A stretch of 64,000 nucleotides of DNA from NCBI RefSeq assembly GCF_964355755.1, contig NC_092671.1, forward strand, positions 372,001 to 436,000, given 5' to 3'. Both the position numbers and the translations under genes were made by a program. The stretch is from Antedon mediterranea. Lineage: Eukaryota; Animalia; Echinodermata. Positions 54,401 through 60,400 of the stretch are shown piece by piece. The notes below the pieces were generated by a model. The model ran no database searches. It was not told where the DNA came from and was given only the letters and a program-made list of their open reading frames with translations. Each line of letters opens with the position of its first letter. Position 1 is the first letter of the stretch.

Positions 54401-57400
54401 TCCAAATTATTTGGTTTAACCATACAGGTATAGATTTAGATTTATGGGCCCCCTTGGAGAATAAACATAAATAGTATTGCAATGCTGTACAATACTGTTA
54501 AGGTATTAACCACTTTTGATCGCAATTTGAATCGCAAATTTCTTACTGTGAGTGTTGGTACTGTTAGATGTAATATAAAAATATATACAAATAAACTTTA
54601 TTACTGTGAGTGTGGGTAGGCCCTACTGTTAGATTATAAACATATAATATACAAATAAACATTCCAAATTATTTGGTTTAACCATAGAGGTATAGATTTA
54701 GATTTAGATTTATGGGCCCCCTTGGAGAATAAACATAAATAGTATTGCAATGCTGTACAATACTGTTAAGGTATTAACCACTTTTGATCGCAATTTGAAT
54801 CGCAAATTTCTTACTGTGAGTGTTGGTACTGTTAGATGTAATATAAAAATATATACAAATAAACTTTATTACTGTGAGTGTGGGTAGGCCCTACTGTTAG
54901 ATTATAAACATATAATATAGAAATAAATAAACGTTATTACTGACAGTTGCTTCTCAACGTTTGTATTAATTAATAATTTAAAAATATATAAACGTCGTAG
55001 TGGTGTATCGTTACATGTACTTTACTATTTCAATCGACTATGACAGTGAGAGTTTTAACAAAGTACCGTATTAAATCGTAAATGTTTTACTGTATTTAGT
55101 GGTATATTATTTATAGGCCTATAAAACATTAAAAACAATATTTCGTTACTGAGTGGATAAGAATATATTTTAAAATGTTTCCTCTTTGTACCTATCTTCT
55201 TCCCCCATCCCTCAACCCTTAATGTTACATACAAAACACAAATTGGGTTTGTTTAAATGAGTCCAAATAAAAAAATTTGACTCATTTTGTTTCTCTCTCG
55301 GAAGTAATTCCCAGGGTGCTAATTTTGGTTGACTACATAAATCATTGTGTATATTTATTCGTTTCTGTAAACGACAATGTATTATAGTCCTGCGGTACGT
55401 ACATTTGAAATCTCCATTTTTTTCTCGCTGGAAATACTGTGTATTCGAGAACCATCTGTGGGCACGACCTAGATGGTACGCGAGCGAAGCGAGCGTGCCA
55501 TCTAGTTATAATAATTAATCTTACTTACATTGATCTAGTAAAACTTCTGCTTCTGATTCCTTTCCAACAAGTGGTCTTCTAACAATCCTAAATGCAACAC
55601 TGTCTGCATAGTACACATATTCTTCCTTAACATCAAAATCTAAAGCTCTTGGACTTTCCATATTTAATAACGGCTCTATGACATCAAATTTATCATCAGG
55701 ATTTATGGAAATTCCTTTAATAGCTCCAGGCATTCCCATTCCGTAGAGTAGAAAACCATCTTTCAAATTTTGACCTATTGCCAAAAATAAAATGAATTAA
55801 AGTTTGTTTTTCTTATGACTCTTGAATAATGATATATATATATATTTTTCAAATGACTTACGTCGACAAGTTCCATCTTCTTGTAGAATGAAGCCAACAC
55901 TACATTGACAATAATCTTTCTTGTCTCCTTCAACAAGCAAACAAAAATGATCACATCCTCCATTGTTATCGCTACATGGGTGATCACCTACAAAATTAAT
56001 TCAAAATCAAACTGACTGTTTGGAATTGTTTACCAATTTAAAAAACTGTCTTATTGATTATAAATAAGGACGGGGGTTTTTTTCCACAAAGAGGCACTGT
56101 GGACTAGTGGAGAAAAATAATATTTAGGCCTTGCCTATTAGATATTTGCCTCCTAGCTTGGTGGGATTGGTCAATTGACCTAGGCCTATTTCCTAGTTGC
56201 TGGTTTGGGTACTTGAGGGGAAAAGTGGGTTTATTGAAACCTAATATAGCCTGCCAACAAGGCTTTGAGAGAAACACTCACTCATTGGCTGTAAGGATGA
56301 ATGGTACACTTGTATTGCTGCACTTTGTAATGTCCCTTTGCTTAATATCAATGATTTATTATTAAATGCCTCAAATCTGCTCGTCTTTCTGATTTCAAAC
56401 AGATCATTCCAGTTTGTACTATAGATATAATTTTCAAACACAGCTACACCATATGGATGGTCCATCTATGAAAAATGAAGTTAATTACTATTAATAAATA
56501 AATTATTATGTTTGATCTAGTATAATCCTATGGATTTGACAGCAATGAGGAGGTGGAATCACACCAGGATGTTTGACTTAAGGAAGGACTTAAGCTTGGT
56601 CTTTAACCCAAGTTAGGTCATTGACTGTCATAGATGAGCTTTCCAAAATAACAGTGGAATCATGTTTATCTTAATCGTAAACACACACACACATTAAAAT
56701 ATACTACATTGATTTAGGAATTCAATAATACATGTCTGATGATGACATTTATGTTTATGTTAAAACATTACATAAATCATATAATTACAAATACACATAA
56801 AAATACATTTTATGAGTTCTTACATTATAATTCTATTACTATTAATGTAAAGTGCACTTAAGAAAATTATACAAATGTAAAATAGATATTAAAGCATACC
56901 AAATCAGGTTCATTGATGACAGTATATCGCAAGGCTTGGTTGCCATCATAAGGAATGCTTTGAATGTGGTCCATATTGGCATCTGTCCAGTAAACTCTTT
57001 TTGTAAATATGTCCAATGTCAAACACTGTGGTAAACTTATCTTTGTTTTAACAATTACTTCTTCATTACTACCATTGATAGAATATCGTGTGATTCTTGG
57101 CTGGTTGCTCCAGTCAGATATAAAAAAGTATCTACAAAATAGTATATAGCAATAAAGTATAAAATACAATTTTAACATTTATCTCTTCCTTAAAAGTTTA
57201 TATTACATTTCAAGAACTTGAAGACGGAAGTTTCAACTTGAGGAAGAAAACTACATTTTGACGAAGAATCTAAACTTGACTAATTGAGGAAGACCCAAAT
57301 TGATAAAGATCCACTGAATATTGTCCAGTCTAATCATGCATTGTGCATAATTACTTTGGTAGTGTTATAATACCCAGGCTGGTGCAGCCAGGTAATTCCT

Positions 57401-60400
57401 TTACCTTGCCCTGCAGAACAGTTATATTGAAAAAGTGTGCCAAGTCTTTAGTATATAGTACACAAACTGGCTGTCAAATTCTTGTTCATAACAATATATT
57501 AAAGTTTGATTTATTATTATTATTATTATTTATTCAGGCAAAGATACATTTTACAAAATGTGTATGTTAGTCTTTATGCAAACTGTATGCTCATTATTAT
57601 GCTATCAGACAACCACAGGCATGCTAGCAAACTGATTAACTGGAAAATATGGCTAAAATTATACAATGATTTTATTGGATATACAGTACTGTGTTAGAGA
57701 TGATGCAAGAGAACATGCTGGTTTAATTATCATAAAACCAACGGTCAAGACAAAACTAAGCAATCAATAAATAGATGTGTTACTCTTCTGTTGAATATTA
57801 CACGCTCTTCCATTATCTAAAATATATACATTTACAAATTCTAATTGCTGTTTGAACATTATTGAATAAAAAGAAATCAAACTATAAAAAAATTGGAAGA
57901 GATGGTTGAACAATTGACTTTAAAAAGTGTGCTAAAGCGTTTCTTAAGTGAAAGAAGATGAAAATATCAGACTTATCAGAATAGAATTCTATCAAATATT
58001 TTGAAACTAAAATGAAAGAGTTTTATTATATACAATGTTTCATAAACAGTTCTTAGAATTGTTTTACAAAACATGTGGATGAAAAGGATGATAAATGATT
58101 AGGTGGAATGAAATGAAGATAAATGAAAAGAAATAATAAAAGATAAAGTAAGCTAATGTAAAAACAAAAATAATGTAAAAGTTTGATGACATAAAATGAG
58201 CTAACTAGGCGAGACTAGATGAGACGAGACAGAATAAAAACAACATACCTTTCATTGGGATCTATGGCAATACCCCTAGGGTTTGCTAATCCACTGGATA
58301 CTATGGTTAAGCAATAATTATCATCATCATCGGCTGTACAAATAAATATGCGATCAGATCTACTATCAACAAAGTAAAAGTTTCCTGTGATCCATTCAAT
58401 TGCAAATTGTTCCACCCCTGAAATTAAAAGTACATTAAAACAATCAAAACACTATTTGTGGAAATGTTTTTTTAATAATCTTTTTGGTATTTTTACAGTA
58501 CTTCTCAATCATTATCTTCTTTTTAATTAGCATATATTATTATTTAAACATACATTAAATTGTTATCACTGCAATGAAAAAGACACTGAAAGCCAAATGA
58601 ATGATAATAAGCTTATAATTATTCATAAAAATATTTATTATTTGAATTCAAATTTTAATTGAATAAATGAATAAAAATGTGTATAACTATTAATGCACTC
58701 AATTTCTAAGTACTTATTGATAAAAATGTATATATAACCATAAAAATGAGAATTGGTTAAGGCAAACAAATAATAATGTACTTAAACTTTACCTCTCATG
58801 TCAAATGGAACTTGGATTTTCTTGATATCTGCCATTGTTTCTGAATTCACACATTTTAATATTCTTTTACTAGTTGTCCTGTCAACCCAACAAATCTTTG
58901 AGATAACGAAATAAAAAAAGAAAATTAATTTGCAAAATAAAAAAAAAAAGAGGTTACTATGACAGCATCCTGCATTCTGCAACTAGACTGTACGTAACTA
59001 AGAACTAAATGCGAGTTTACTAAACAACTTAATACTCTACTAAATACAGTAAGAATATAAATGATACCTTTTTTCTTTTAAAATCATAGTTTATTGCATT
59101 GGCTCTGACTGAGTCTAGTTCAGCAGAACTGTCACCAGTTAATGACATTATTTTGATTTTTTCACCACTTGCCACCAGTAATTTTGCAGTTGTTGCTGAA
59201 AAAAATTATTTATTTTTTTAATGAGCTTGGAAATGCAACAAAAATATAGCTTTTAAATACAGACCAACTACTTTAATAATTTAAAGTAACGTATTGTATA
59301 TCAAATATTAAAAAAAAAAAATTAAAAATATATTTTAACAAAATAATAAAAAGGAAATGTTGTCAAAAAGGCATTTCTAGCCTAAAACCATAATCAGTAC
59401 ATTACATTGCAGGAAATAAGATGAAGATTAATACAGTAGCCATTGGCAAATTAATAGAAAAGAACTAATTATAAACATGACATAGCAATGTTTTAGATGC
59501 AAGCTAAACAACCCAATCATAACCATTAATATGTAGTAATCATAGGCAAGTTTGTATCCACTATCTAACAAGAATGCATGAACCAGTGTGAGCCTAGCTG
59601 GGTGCTAATTGACTCCCAGTGATAGTGAAAATAAACCTGTTAGACCATTGCAAGAATACAAGGAACAGTTTAAGAAAAAGAAAGCAGTGTAAAAATAGCT
59701 AGGCTTAGTGAAAATGTAACTATATCCTAGAAAGAAATACAGGAGGATAAACGAAGCTTTTATGGTCAGGTTCAATTACAGAGAAAAATGAAACTCAAGC
59801 CTAGGAATAAAATATGTAAAAGAGCAGGACTAAGTAATTTAAACCATTGTAAGAAACATGAGACTAAAAAATGACAACATGTACATATTAGGAAAACAGA
59901 AAGGAAACATTCAAATTATTGTTTTTTATATAGAATTTGTGGTACAATCAACATTCTATAATTAAATACAAAGTAACATAAAACAAGCTTATATTGTGAC
60001 TACACAGTAGAATACCTGCTGTCATACCTGCTGTGATACCATGTACACATATACAATTATCAAACCAATAACCAATTTTTTTTATACAAAAATAAATGTG
60101 TTAATGATCGTAATGAGTAAAAGTTTTCGTAAAATATCTCCAATCAACAAAATACAAAATTCCATATTGTTTAATACAAGAAACCTACTGAAATTTATTC
60201 AACCAATTAAATTTGAATCAGTGTCCAGGTTAGACCATTCAAAAGACAGCACTCCAATTATGGAGGGAATACAACAGTTTAGACAGCACACACAGCAGGT
60301 TGGTTTTGTATGTTGGAACAACATGGCACTAAATTTCAAAATATATACCGAAAGCTCAACATGCAAAAGTCACCTATTTCTGTTAATTATAACTAGTACA

